Shown here: piece by piece, positions 21,123 to 32,120 of the stretch | How the letters are laid out: every line of letters starts with the position of its first letter | Position numbering within the stretch: the stretch's first letter is position 1 | Made by a program: the position numbers and the translations under genes | Assembly (NCBI GenBank): GCA_965214835.1 | Contig: CBDCCK010000002.1 | Span: 2,688,001-2,752,000 of the forward strand | Direction: 5' to 3' | Length of the DNA: 64,000 bases | From: Nitrosopumilaceae archaeon | GTDB lineage: Archaea > Thermoproteota > Nitrososphaeria > Nitrososphaerales > Nitrosopumilaceae | Notes under the pieces: generated by a model | Databases searched by the model: none | What the model was told of the DNA's origin: nothing | Seen by the model: only the letters and a program-made list of their open reading frames with translations

Positions 21123-22622
21123 ATGAGTCTGAGCCCTGCCTTGTATGATGACAATCCTTGGTGGACAGATATTGACGAGATTAATCAAGAGCGGGAGATT
21201 AAAAATTGGGAGGACAGCCCAATCAAGTGGGATCCGGGAATACGTCAAGCATTTGATTTTGCCCGTGACATAATCTACTCTCTACGGGGACCAAGGCAGG
21301 TTGGCAAAACAACCCTGTTGAAGTTACAGATTAGGGAATTCCTTCAAAATGGCGTATCGCCTTGGAATATAATGTACTATGCATTTGACGTTGACAACTC
21401 TCCAAAAAACCTGGTAGAGATTGTCGAAAACTACCTAAACAGCACTAGGAGGCTACGTGGCGATTCGAGGTTCTTTTTGTTCTTAGATGAGGTATCGAAA
21501 GTAAAAAATTGGCCAGACGGAATAAAGCGATTAAAGGACAGGCGGAAATTAGACAATGCCACAGTCATCCTGACCGGTTCGTATGCGATTGATCTAAAAA
21601 AATCCCTGGAGAACCTGGCCGGCAGGCGCGGCAAAACGAATGAGGCCTATGACAAAGTACTCCTCCCGATGAAATTTTCAGAATACGTCTCAGTCATGGA
21701 CACTGGATTGAAAAAACAGCTGATCAAAAACAAGCTATTCAAAAGGGAGGATCGAATCAAAACTATTAAAAAATTACTTCGCTCCGAGATTGATTCGTCA
21801 CTTGACATGCTTCAGCCCCAGTTGGCATCCCTTAACTCCTTGCTGCTGGATTACATGCTGACTGGAGGCATTCCACAGGTTGTCAGCGTGTATTATGACA
21901 AAAAATATTTGGACGAATACCTGTACACAACGTACCTTGATTACGTTTTAGGGGACCTCAAATCACTGCGAAGAAGTCCAATCATTGTTGAACAGCTGGC
22001 ATCCAACATAATTAAAAACCTAAGCTGGCCGCAAAGCTGGCTATCTCTTCAAAAGGATACAGACATACGAAATCCAATAACCGCGGGAGAGTACGTGCAC
22101 GCCCTTGACGACATGTTTGTACTGACATTTTTTTATCATTATGATCCTGAGAAAAAGAGACCGCTGGTTAGGAAAAACAAAAAGATTCATTTCCATGATC
22201 CGTTCTTCCTGCACTCACTAAACGGCTGGATTTCATCAGAGAATTCCTTTAGGACTGCACAAAATTATGTCCGGGATGCGGCCAACCAGGGCCCGTTGGT
22301 GGAAGGGATAGTCGGTGATCATCTGGCACGGCTAGTGTTTGAGATGAGCGATAAAAAGCAGAACTTTGATTACCATAACCACCTGTTCTACTGGAACAAA
22401 AAGAAGGAAACCGAGGTGGATTACGTAATCAAGCTTGGAGGCTTTGAGCTGCCCGTAGAGGTCAAATTTCAAAACACCATACGGAACAAGGATCTCAGGG
22501 GAGTCCGTTATTTCAGTTCGCTGGCAAAGGCTCGAAACTCAGTAATACTATCCAAAAACACGCTGGAAAAGACCGATGACACCGTGGTACTTCCGGCAGC
22601 ATTCTTTTTGCTTTTAATCTGA
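21123..22622 (+). CDS. AAA_14-type ATPase with C-terminal DUF4143-like PD-(D/E)XK domain
   Basis: GPRQVGKT, FLDEV, LTGS, GGIP, K.HF.D, EVDYV...PVEVK motifs. Confidence 0.88.
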   Translation: MSLSPALYDDNPWWTDIDEINQEREIKNWEDSPIKWDPGIRQAFDFARDIIYSLRGPRQVGKTTLLKLQIREFLQNGVSPWNIMYYAFDVDNSPKNLVEIVENYLNSTRRLRGDSRFFLFLDEVSKVKNWPDGIKRLKDRRKLDNATVILTGSYAIDLKKSLENLAGRRGKTNEAYDKVLLPMKFSEYVSVMDTGLKKQLIKNKLFKREDRIKTIKKLLRSEIDSSLDMLQPQLASLNSLLLDYMLTGGIPQVVSVYYDKKYLDEYLYTTYLDYVLGDLKSLRRSPIIVEQLASNIIKNLSWPQSWLSLQKDTDIRNPITAGEYVHALDDMFVLTFFYHYDPEKKRPLVRKNKKIHFHDPFFLHSLNGWISSENSFRTAQNYVRDAANQGPLVEGIVGDHLARLVFEMSDKKQNFDYHNHLFYWNKKKETEVDYVIKLGGFELPVEVKFQNTIRNKDLRGVRYFSSLAKARNSVILSKNTLEKTDDTVVLPAAFFLLLI

Positions 22623-22968
22623 GTCTGTGACGGACTCCTTTCCTCCAAGCCTCCTCAAAAGTCACACATGAGGCGGATCCAAGATGTGCAGTCCGGATCA
22701 GGCCCCCACATGTACGCTGGATTGGGAAAACCAAGAGATGCCTGCCCAGAGAGGTGATCCGAAACTAGAAACCGAGCGCCCGTCCGTATGTCCTGCTGCC
22801 GACCTTCAGGCCGCAGCAGCGATTCTGACCTGGGGGAGCTGGCCTTTCATAATGCCTAGCCTGTGCGCTCATGGTATGTGGATCAATGCCATCATCGATG
22901 TTTGACTGGCTTCCAAGGGAGCGTGGCCTCATACGGCGATTCTGCAAAAGCCTGACACCGCTTGGGTT

Positions 22969-23352
22969 TTAGCTTACGATCACTCCGATCGTCCTTACCG
23001 TTGATAGCGGAACCTGCTTTTTCAGGCCATCCCATACGAATATCTCCACTGTAAACTCCCCGCCTTCGTGGGGCGTCCAGGACAGCGATGCGTTGAGCGA
23101 TTGAAACTCGCTCAAGCTGCCTGCAAACCAGCTCAGGTACACTATTCTCTGGTTGCTGTCCTTGATCTGTACGATGTAGATGAACTCCTGTATCCTGTCT
23201 TGGGCGTTCTTTAGATCCGACATTATCAGGATCTGCTGGTTGATGCTGATCTTGTTGCCAATCGGGTTGCCGATTGCGTTGGACAGTCTGGAGTTCTCCA
23301 CCAGCGTTTTTTCCCACAGCTCAGCTGCCATGCCTGACTGCACGTGCATCAC
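22969..23352 (-). pseudogene. Ig-like domain resembling the thaumarchaeal S-layer C-terminus; 5'-truncated at the transposon end
   Basis: QQILIMSDLKN.Q...YIVQIKD...LSW..GSL...LSWTP..G..TVEIFVW pattern; no signal peptide. Confidence 0.65.
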
Positions 23353-23737
23353 AAGAAGCTACGGTAGATGATTCTCCTTGGGAAATGTCGGTAGATCTAA
23401 TAAATAAAAAATAGTTACAAGGTTCTGTGTAATCTGCGTTTGGTATTTTGCCGTGTTCACTGTCGTTTGGCGGGATTTTATGAATGGGACTGTTAAGTCA
23501 GTCTCCCGGATGTGCCAGACTCATGGCGGTGCAGGTGGCTACATGCGGGCCTGCAGGCAGTCTGATCTGTGTTATTTCAGGTTTGGAGCCGTCTTGTGGG
23601 TAACTTCTGGGAAGACTGATGTTGTAGAAATCAATCAAGTGGAATTACGCAACAACCAGATCTGATCCGTTGATGGGGCATAACTTACGACTAGATTGCA
23701 GGGATCACTTTTATAGAATCCCTTTTATGAAAAACCA

Positions 23738-24733
23738 GTGATCTACAAGACGCTACTGGGACTGTTCCTGGCAATCGGATTATCTGCAATGCCTGCATTT
23801 GCAGAAACTGACACTCCCTACAAACAATTTCAAAGCGGTATCGCGCTAGAGGAGATACAGTGCCGGGATTCAAAGACGCTGATGGAGACCACGCGCGGAA
23901 CGCCTGCCTGCGTCAGTGAGGGCTCGGTGCAAAAACTGCTGCAAAAGGGATGGGTGCCGGTAGCACAGGCAGCAGAACGCCATGACCTGCAGCTGCCGGA
24001 GGCGGCAAAAGCCGGGCACGGCAGCAACATCGACGGCCCCGATGCCGGAGAAGTCGACGGATTTGTGGTGCTGAGTGCCTCGTCTCCCGTGGAGTTCGTC
24101 GATGACGGGCGGGAGATCAAAAGATCCACACTTGCAAGATACCCTCCCCCGTGGCCCTACTATGAAAATATCATGGACAGTGACATAACCCCCGACGATG
24201 TCGGCCCCGACAACCTGATAAGACTGTCTGCAACACAGCATGAAAAATACTCCATAACCCCCAGAGTAGGGTTCCATATTGAGGACTGGATGCCCACATA
24301 CATTCCTGATGGGCAGCGGTTGCTGTATGCAGACAATACTTGCTACCCTTCAGGTGACTGCAAGCTGAGGATACAGTTTGTTCCAACTACCTTTGTATTA
24401 AACGAAAACGTGACCAACTATGAATTGAAGTTCTCCGAGGGATTTAGGGTTTGGGCCGAGTATAGCGTTGTTCCTCTTGACGAGATTGAAGATGAGATAG
24501 AATATATCAAAGAAGTTTTTGGTTCCCAGCCCGGCAACTACGGGGAGGGCTTCAGGGAGATGACGCATGACGGGAAAACGGTAAGTGCATTTGAGGGCGG
24601 AAATGCCCTGAATCATTATCGTGCAGGCATCAGCTTCCATCATGATGAACATACGTCGATGGGCGTAAATTCACGTTATCACACGCTTGATGAGCTGTTG
24701 CCCGTCTTTAACAGCTTGTCGGCGGTAAAATGA
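23738..24733 (+). CDS. Secreted protein with thaumarchaeal P.KQ...C...PACV...KL..GW domain
   Basis: Signal peptide; TPYKQFQSGI..EEIQC...TPACV...KLLQKGW motif. Confidence 0.8.
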   Translation: MIYKTLLGLFLAIGLSAMPAFAETDTPYKQFQSGIALEEIQCRDSKTLMETTRGTPACVSEGSVQKLLQKGWVPVAQAAERHDLQLPEAAKAGHGSNIDGPDAGEVDGFVVLSASSPVEFVDDGREIKRSTLARYPPPWPYYENIMDSDITPDDVGPDNLIRLSATQHEKYSITPRVGFHIEDWMPTYIPDGQRLLYADNTCYPSGDCKLRIQFVPTTFVLNENVTNYELKFSEGFRVWAEYSVVPLDEIEDEIEYIKEVFGSQPGNYGEGFREMTHDGKTVSAFEGGNALNHYRAGISFHHDEHTSMGVNSRYHTLDELLPVFNSLSAVK

Positions 24734-27700
24734 TGACCAAGTTTCCCGTTTTGTTTTTTGCAGTCTTTGCACTGTGTATTGTTGCATATGGCCAGGACGC
24801 ATTTGGAATCTTTGACTGTGCTGACCCTCGTTGCCATGTATGGCAGCAGACCAGCCGTCTTACCCCAATCGAAGGCATAGAGTACCAGCTGGATTCGCCG
24901 GATCTGTGGATAGACAGGACGGAATGCGACAATACCGCAGCAGCTGCCGGCTGGCTGGTTGCAAATACCGGGGAATGGGTGGAGGCAGGAGTTACAAAAG
25001 GACATTTCCTAAACGTTGGATGCGTCGCCGTCCTGAGCACCTATTATGGATTTAATTATGTGATAGGCGATCTTGATGTTTACCAAGAATACCTAGTATC
25101 AAACGGTCGCGTTGATCCCGGCGATGACATATCAGTAAAGATACAAAAGTACCTGACAAGCAACGTCCAGGTGTATGTCACGACCCCGGACGTGACAATC
25201 CCGTACCCACAGGCGCAGCTTTTCATGAATCCAAATAATGTCTACCATGGCAACTTTGGAATAGAGGGAACCGTCTCTGCCACAGACGACTATTCGTCAA
25301 TTCCGATGAGCAAGTTCACCGGCATGAAGATAAGGCAGAACGGCTCTTGGACAAACCTTCCCGCCTCAGCCTCCCTGTCCCAGCCGTCCGTCTCGGAGGG
25401 GTACATCGGCAAGGAATGCCGGGGCAACTCGTTTATCGCAGGAACCGTGACATCGCTTGACTGCAACAACATCGCAACCAGAAACCAGGTTCCCACGGTC
25501 CAGAACAGGGACATAGACGTGGCCACAAACGACAGGGTCACAGTCGACATAAACGCAATAGACACCGACGGCGACTATCTGACGTTTTATCTCAAAGAGC
25601 ACCCCACAAAGGGAAGCCTGAGCCACACCAGCACCACCGAAAAGATCCCGACCACAAACGGCACGGCCATCCGGCTCGAGTACACCCCGGCAAGCTCCAC
25701 GCCGGAATCTGACACCATAAGGTACACCGTCACGGACAAGAGAATCGGCCACACAAGGGAGGGGGTGATCTCGATCGTCGGGCCGTCCACGCAGACCGTA
25801 CCCGACCCGGTCGACGACCTTTCCTACACCCTGTCGGGAAACAACATCACGCTTGCCTGGAGCATCCCGGACGACGGGGGCTCTAACATCACCTCGTTTA
25901 GAATAGAAAGGTCGCCGGACACCCAGAGATGGAACCTTCACGACACCGTCTCTGAAACGACCACGAGCATCGAGCATACCGGATATCCCGGCTACGACAT
26001 GTACTTTAGGATATTTGCCAAAAACGCGCACGGGCTGTCGCCTGCCTCGAACCTGGTGAACGTAAACATCGAGGATCCCACGCCGCCAGTCATAACGATC
26101 ACGGCCCCGGCAGCAGGATCCACCGTAACCGTGCCAGACATCGCAGTATCGGGGTGGGTCTACGAGCCTGAGGGCTCTGGGATAGAGTACGTGAAGGTCT
26201 ACGTAGACGGCATTGTACCTGCCACGAATCCCGTCGAGGTGACCCACATATCCGACGTCACTGCAAGCTTTGAATCGGTCCTGACCGGACTGGACAACGG
26301 CAACCACACCATCGCAGTGGAATCGGCAAACGGGGACGGCGCAACCGCCACAAGCAGCGTCACCGTGACGCTTGATGCGCCGGTGCAGGCCACCGTCGAC
26401 TCCTTTGCAGAGGACTTTGAGGGGATGGATCTCTCAAGGTGGCATCTGACCACGGGCGATGACGAGTACTGGTCGATCAGGCCAGACCCGACAGAGCCAG
26501 TTCCGGGATCCCAGCCCGGAAACAAGGTGGGGGGAGCCGAGGACTGCGACGACGTGTGCTCGATGACGATGATAGACGTGGTGGACCTGACGCAGATGTC
26601 CCAGCCCGTGCTCAGCTTTTACAGGTTCGTCGCGACGGGGGCCGACGTCTCAAACAACGAGGGGATATACGTCCACACCTCCAGTGACGGCGGCACCACG
26701 TGGATCCAACTTGCAAACTTTACCGCAAACAACGCAGGCGACGACGGCGCCTGGCATCACCACAGCTATGTCCTCTCAAACGCGTCGGACTCCTTCAAGG
26801 TGAGGTTCGAGGCGCGTTCCAGCTCAAACAACGAGGATGCGGAGCTTGACGACATTCGGATATACGACGGTGACGCAGGCGACACGACGCCGCCTTCAAT
26901 CACGGCGCCAGAGGACGTGACGGCCGAGGCGACTGCCGTCCTCACCCCTGCCTCCGACGTGGGTCTGGGCGACGCCGTGGCCTCAGACGATGTTGATCCG
27001 GATCCGGCAATCACAAACGACGCACCGGAATCGTTCCCGCTTGGCGATACCATAGTGACATGGACTGCCACCGATTCTGCGGGCAACGCGGCTACTGCAA
27101 CCCAGACTGTTACGATACAGGACACGACACTGCCGAGCATCACCACACCCCCAGATGTCACAATCGAGGCTTCCGGCGTGCTGACTGCCGTATCCATAGG
27201 GCAGGCCACTGCATCCGACATTGCGGATCCGGATCCGGCAATCACAAACGACGCACCGGAATCGTTCCCGCTTGGCGATACCATAGTGACATGGACTGCC
27301 ACCGATTCTGCGGGCAACGCGGCTACTGCAACCCAGACTGTTACGATACAGGACACCACGCCGCCCCGGATCATGGCACCCGCCGATCATACGGCCGAGG
27401 CTGCCGGCATCATGACGGTCCTGAGTGCCGGCGACTATGGGACTTCCACTGTTACCGACGTTGCCGATCCCAGCCCCACAATTACAAACGACGCCCCAGA
27501 GTCGTTCCCGTTGGGCAACACGACAGTCACGTGGACTGCCACCGACTCTGCAGGCAACGCGGCGACGGCCACCCAGACTGTTACGATACGGGACACCACG
27601 CCGCCTGCCATCTCCGGCCTGCGCGACATAGACGTAGATGATCCGGCGGGCCGTGGAATGGCAGTCAGCTACGATGCGCCGACTGCCTCCGACCTCGTAG

Positions 27701-29385
27701 ACGGGGTCGTGGCAGTATCGTGCACGCACGAGTCCGGATCGACGTTTGCTCCCGGATTCACCGAGGTAGTATGCACGGCGACAGACGGCTCTGCAAACTC
27801 GCAGAGGGACTGGTTTGTCATACACGTGGACGCCTCTGACGCCGTCCTGGACGTCTCCCAGACCGTGAGCACGGGCCGATCCACGTGGAGCGTCACGGGT
27901 CCGGACAGGGTGTTTGCGGGGCAGACCTTCGAGTATACCGTAACACTCGAGGACGGGGCAAGGCCGCGAGAGGAGGCCCTTGCCGTGTACAGCGCGGCAC
28001 CGGAGCGGGACCTCGGATGGCACGATTCCGATACGGACTGCCAGACCGTGATATGCGCGGGGTTTCCAGAGCAAAAGCACGACACGTACAAGATAGCCAG
28101 TGACGAGGACTCGCCGTATACTGCCATGCACAACAAGATGAAAAAGTCCAGATCCAGCCATACCATACTGCTGCAGCCGGCAGCCGATGCGCCGGCGGGC
28201 ACGCAGGCCACAGTCGGCATGATGGACAGCAACAACAACCAGGTGGGAGGCATACCGGTAACGGTGATGCCGCCGTCCACGAGGACGATAACGGACGGGG
28301 ACACCACCTGGAGGATCACGGGCCCCGACAGGATATTTCCGGGACAGACCTTCGAGTATACGGTGACCGTTGATGGCGCAAGGCACCAGCACGACGCCCT
28401 TGCCATATACAGCAGCTCGCTTACCGTGGACGACTTTGGGGGATTCCCGGAGGGCTCCGGGTGCGACACTGCGGTGTGCACGGACTTTCCGGGGCAGCGG
28501 CGCCGCACGATGGAGCTTGACAACCACGCAGGCTCCGCGTACGACGTAAGGTACCACACGATCAACGCGCCCGGCTCCCAGTATACGATACTGCTGAGGA
28601 CCGCCGACGACGCGGACGCAGCGGCGGGAGGCACGTTCAGGGTCGGGCTGGTGGACGGGGACGGAAGTCCGATGGGCGGCATACGGGTCACGATCGCCGA
28701 TCCCGTGGCCGTAACGGCCCCCTACGAGGAGCTCGTGGCAGGCCTGTCCTTTGAGGGCAGCCTGACAGATGCAACGGGGGACAACAACGGCACGGCGGCT
28801 GCAGGGGATGTCACGTACGTGCCTGGCAGGATAGGCAGGGGGCTGCAGCTTGACGGCTCTACGAACGTCGCCCTTGCGGGCGAGGCCGACTTTGACTTTG
28901 GGCGCACCGACCCGTTCAGCATAGCGTTCTGGCTCAGGCAGGACGTGCCCGTCAACAACAGCACCATGATAATGTCCAAGGCAGAGTCGTTCGGCCATAC
29001 CGGCTTGTACGTGTGGATATGGGGAGGGGCGCCCAACAGGATCCTGCTTTTGATACACGACAACTCCACGTTCATAAACGTGCACACCCCCAACCACCTG
29101 AACATGTCAGACGGGGCCTGGCACCATATCGCATTCACGTACGACGGCTCGGGCGCAAAGGAGGGCCTGAATGCGTATATCGACGGCGAGCACCGGGACT
29201 ATGGCCAATACCGCAGGGGCCTGGGGCTGGCAGGCAGCACGACAAACGACCATGCGTTCACCGTGAGGACCACCACCTGGTGGGATCCCGACAGGATCGA
29301 CTCGGTTCTTGACGAGCTGCGCGTGTACGGCGCCGAGCTGTCGGCCCGGCAGGTGCGGCTGCTGCATGCGGCAGGCCTCGGCTAG
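24730..29385 (+). CDS. Large multidomain surface protein (Ig/cadherin-like, FN3, HYR x4, LamG)
   Basis: Signal peptide; FN3 (AWSIPDDGGSNITSF); HYR repeats (DTTPP..T.P...FPLG.T.VTWTATD.AGN); LamG (FSIAFW, WHHIAFTY, LDELRVY). Confidence 0.88.
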   Translation: MMTKFPVLFFAVFALCIVAYGQDAFGIFDCADPRCHVWQQTSRLTPIEGIEYQLDSPDLWIDRTECDNTAAAAGWLVANTGEWVEAGVTKGHFLNVGCVAVLSTYYGFNYVIGDLDVYQEYLVSNGRVDPGDDISVKIQKYLTSNVQVYVTTPDVTIPYPQAQLFMNPNNVYHGNFGIEGTVSATDDYSSIPMSKFTGMKIRQNGSWTNLPASASLSQPSVSEGYIGKECRGNSFIAGTVTSLDCNNIATRNQVPTVQNRDIDVATNDRVTVDINAIDTDGDYLTFYLKEHPTKGSLSHTSTTEKIPTTNGTAIRLEYTPASSTPESDTIRYTVTDKRIGHTREGVISIVGPSTQTVPDPVDDLSYTLSGNNITLAWSIPDDGGSNITSFRIERSPDTQRWNLHDTVSETTTSIEHTGYPGYDMYFRIFAKNAHGLSPASNLVNVNIEDPTPPVITITAPAAGSTVTVPDIAVSGWVYEPEGSGIEYVKVYVDGIVPATNPVEVTHISDVTASFESVLTGLDNGNHTIAVESANGDGATATSSVTVTLDAPVQATVDSFAEDFEGMDLSRWHLTTGDDEYWSIRPDPTEPVPGSQPGNKVGGAEDCDDVCSMTMIDVVDLTQMSQPVLSFYRFVATGADVSNNEGIYVHTSSDGGTTWIQLANFTANNAGDDGAWHHHSYVLSNASDSFKVRFEARSSSNNEDAELDDIRIYDGDAGDTTPPSITAPEDVTAEATAVLTPASDVGLGDAVASDDVDPDPAITNDAPESFPLGDTIVTWTATDSAGNAATATQTVTIQDTTLPSITTPPDVTIEASGVLTAVSIGQATASDIADPDPAITNDAPESFPLGDTIVTWTATDSAGNAATATQTVTIQDTTPPRIMAPADHTAEAAGIMTVLSAGDYGTSTVTDVADPSPTITNDAPESFPLGNTTVTWTATDSAGNAATATQTVTIRDTTPPAISGLRDIDVDDPAGRGMAVSYDAPTASDLVDGVVAVSCTHESGSTFAPGFTEVVCTATDGSANSQRDWFVIHVDASDAVLDVSQTVSTGRSTWSVTGPDRVFAGQTFEYTVTLEDGARPREEALAVYSAAPERDLGWHDSDTDCQTVICAGFPEQKHDTYKIASDEDSPYTAMHNKMKKSRSSHTILLQPAADAPAGTQATVGMMDSNNNQVGGIPVTVMPPSTRTITDGDTTWRITGPDRIFPGQTFEYTVTVDGARHQHDALAIYSSSLTVDDFGGFPEGSGCDTAVCTDFPGQRRRTMELDNHAGSAYDVRYHTINAPGSQYTILLRTADDADAAAGGTFRVGLVDGDGSPMGGIRVTIADPVAVTAPYEELVAGLSFEGSLTDATGDNNGTAAAGDVTYVPGRIGRGLQLDGSTNVALAGEADFDFGRTDPFSIAFWLRQDVPVNNSTMIMSKAESFGHTGLYVWIWGGAPNRILLLIHDNSTFINVHTPNHLNMSDGAWHHIAFTYDGSGAKEGLNAYIDGEHRDYGQYRRGLGLAGSTTNDHAFTVRTTTWWDPDRIDSVLDELRVYGAELSARQVRLLHAAGLG

Positions 29386-29549
29386 CCAGCGCGATCACGG
29401 CGGGCCCGACCTGCGGCAAGGGCTTGTACCGGCCGGTAAAAATTCTTGAAGTGCTTTATGATCAGACACCCCTGCAAACGGTCGATGGCATTCAAGGATT
29501 TGTGATTGCCGGCATGCCCCACAGGTGACACTGCCTGCCGGGGTCTTTA

Positions 29550-29804
29550 CTACCGTGCCTTCCACGCGATATCTTCCGGAGGGGGCAAGACTCTTGTCGC
29601 GTATTGTTGCGTAATACCTAAATCAGGCGTGTAAAACTCAATTGTTGGAACGCAAAAAAGATCAAATATGGTTGCGGTACCCAACAAATCCATTAATCCA
29701 ATTACTCCGCATTTTGGACATTTTCCGTTGGTGTGAGTGGTTGGTCTGCCATGATAAATCCGTCCCATTGGAGTGTCACGCTCCCTGATTTTGAACAATG
29801 TCAT
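29550..29804 (-). CDS. Small hypothetical protein with CxxC
   Basis: 84-aa ORF (CPKCG) downstream of the REase. Confidence 0.3.
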   Translation of the reverse strand: MTLFKIRERDTPMGRIYHGRPTTHTNGKCPKCGVIGLMDLLGTATIFDLFCVPTIEFYTPDLGITQQYATRVLPPPEDIAWKAR

Positions 29805-30879
29805 TCCAGCGTTGTCTATGTTCGAACTTTACTGACTCATCCTTTTCTATCAGACGCACATAATTATGCACAAAGTCGTCGGGTGTTTTTAATAGACGAA
29901 GATAGTATTTCAGGGTGTTCATGACCCCGTTTACAATAACCTGACATCCATGAATCTGACTGATTTTTACAACTTCGGCAGTTATCTCTTCACTGTTCTG
30001 ATCCTGCTCATCCGTGGTCAATAGATAGTACCGTTTGATTGGCTCTGATTTGAATTTCATATGTGCTTCTCTTACCAAAGAAGGCGTTATTCTAATCCGA
30101 TGTTTCACCTCTACGGCCTCAAAAATTTTGGATTGCTCGTCTGCAACCTCAATGTCTCCAGTTGCACCAGAACGCCTGTCTGGTGATGTGTGTGATTCGA
30201 GTTGTTTTAGGACATGTTTTCTATATCGCCCCACCTCGGAAATCATCTGTTGATATGCAGCGTATATCGCCAACACCGGTAGTCTGGAACCTCCTGCACT
30301 GCTATACTGAGACATGAAATGCTTATTTAGATATGACATGATTGTCCTGATTGGCAGGTCTACGGGTTTGGCTAGTCTGAGTTTGGTATTTTCATCTCGT
30401 TGTTTGATTAATCCACTCAACAAATATGTTAGCAGTTCTATGGGGGATTCATCGTGGTTTTGCACCCTGTCCAACGTGCACAAGAATGCCTGCTTTAGTT
30501 TATGTGGAGTGACACTGCCTTTGTAATCCAATGTGTATGGTTGATTCTGTTCCAAGGATCGTGTAAGCCATCCGGACTCCGACATGGCTGGAAACTGATT
30601 GGCCTTGAGAAACGGGGTGACTGTCTTGGTATCAAGGGTTCTTCCTGAATATCCACCATCAAGCCCACTCTGATGACGCCGGATGTCTTGTTGCGGGTCT
30701 ACCGCCTTCTTTGTCAGCGATGTCACTGTTACTGCCAAAACCGCCTTCTTTTTTTCACTGTTTGAAATAATGACATCTAGGTGTTTTTTTACGTCATCAC
30801 CACATACTGGCACATGCACACCGGCCTCCTTGAGGCACTTTTTTAATATTTTCAGACAGTGGTGATGTTCTACATTCAT
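29776..30879 (-). CDS. Putative type II restriction endonuclease
   Basis: GDIEV...EAVEVK PD-(D/E)XK motif; start overlaps the corrected MTase stop (ATGA). Confidence 0.75.
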   Translation of the reverse strand: MNVEHHHCLKILKKCLKEAGVHVPVCGDDVKKHLDVIISNSEKKKAVLAVTVTSLTKKAVDPQQDIRRHQSGLDGGYSGRTLDTKTVTPFLKANQFPAMSESGWLTRSLEQNQPYTLDYKGSVTPHKLKQAFLCTLDRVQNHDESPIELLTYLLSGLIKQRDENTKLRLAKPVDLPIRTIMSYLNKHFMSQYSSAGGSRLPVLAIYAAYQQMISEVGRYRKHVLKQLESHTSPDRRSGATGDIEVADEQSKIFEAVEVKHRIRITPSLVREAHMKFKSEPIKRYYLLTTDEQDQNSEEITAEVVKISQIHGCQVIVNGVMNTLKYYLRLLKTPDDFVHNYVRLIEKDESVKFEHRQRWNDIVQNQGA

Positions 30880-31905
30880 ATTTCATCAACCAATTCAATA
30901 CGTTTGGCGGCCATATCACAAAATTCGGGATTTATATCAATGCCTATAAACTGCCTGCCTGTCTTTTTGGCAACCACTCCCGTAGTGCCGCTTCCTATGT
31001 ATGGATCAAGGATTATGGTCTTGTTGGGGGGGGGGTGTGAGGAGATGGATCATCTCCGATATTACGACCTCTGGATATATGGCAGGATGTTTGTTCCATC
31101 TGAGGCTTTCTACACTACTGGTTATCGTATCCCGCTTTAGAGGATTTCCAGACATCCGGATTATTGTAAATCCGTTCTTGTCAAGCTGAATCTTTCTGCC
31201 ACCATTTTGTCCGCCGAATGCAGGTGCGTGTATGCCGCGTATCTTCATTCTAAATCCTGTTATTGTGCCGTCCTTCACTTCCTTGACGGCCTTGTTTAAC
31301 TCTCTTACCGCCTTTCTTTTTTCGGATGCGGTAAGCTCCGAATCCCTGATCATTGTTCTGTATCTGTTACCAATCGTCGTGTTTTTGGTGGGTGGCAGGC
31401 TGTCGTCGTCTTTACGGACCTGAAATGCATCTATGTCATAGTAGTAATCGGATGATTTTACGAAGTGGAAGAATGGCTCAGTACTGCTTACAAGGCGCCT
31501 TTTGAACTGTCTAGGTGTGGGATTCTTTTTGATCCAAGTTATATCATTTACCAGTTTTACATTTTTTACATTCATGGCTTGGATTGCAAATTTGTAAGGG
31601 ATCAGCATTAAAGAACCGTTTTCATATTTGTCACCCATGTTGAAGACAACGCTACCGCACCTCTTTGTAATTCTCACACATTCACGGAACACATCCATGA
31701 CCGCATCGATATAGTCTTCCACGTGTTTTTCACCACCCACCTCACAGCCAGCGTATTCCCGTTGCCGAAAGTAGGGGGGTGACGTGATAACCAAATCTAT
31801 CGAATCATCTGGAATCTGTTTTAGAATCCTAGCACTGTCGCCACACTGGATTGTGTTTATGAACGGGATCATTGTTTTCGGGGTGTTTTTTGTAGCAGAC
31901 ATCAT
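30876..31905 (-). pseudogene. Beta-class N4-C/N6-A DNA methyltransferase, frameshifted at a C10 tract
   Basis: TSPPY motif IV and HPA..P present; motif I (DPYIGSGTT) is out of frame after G10 at 31026-31035. Confidence 0.88.
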
Positions 31906-32120
31906 GTTCCACGTTGGATTTTTTTTGTAATTACTTCAAGTTCTTTTGTAATGTTGGCTTTCTGTTTGGTAAGATCGTTTTTTTTGCATTGCAGGATTTT
32001 TTTGTCAGATTCCGGATCTGAAGACAGTCCGCAATAAACCTCTGTTCTTCGCTTTTCATCATAATAGACGTAGTAAACATATTCTTTGTCTCCACGCTGG
32101 CGGTATACGACAGTCCCCAT
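31902..32120 (-). CDS. Small basic protein, first gene of the R-M operon
   Basis: RGDKEYVYYVYYDEKRRTEVYCG beta-sheet motif plus coiled coil; stop overlaps the MTase start. Confidence 0.6.
   Translation of the reverse strand: MGTVVYRQRGDKEYVYYVYYDEKRRTEVYCGLSSDPESDKKILQCKKNDLTKQKANITKELEVITKKIQRGT

Noticed and set aside
26983-29097. 704-aa antisense ORF and other long shadow ORFs (44916..46589, 52085..53299, 51012..51959)
   Set aside because: They lie antisense to well-supported genes in GC-rich DNA and show no recognisable motifs.
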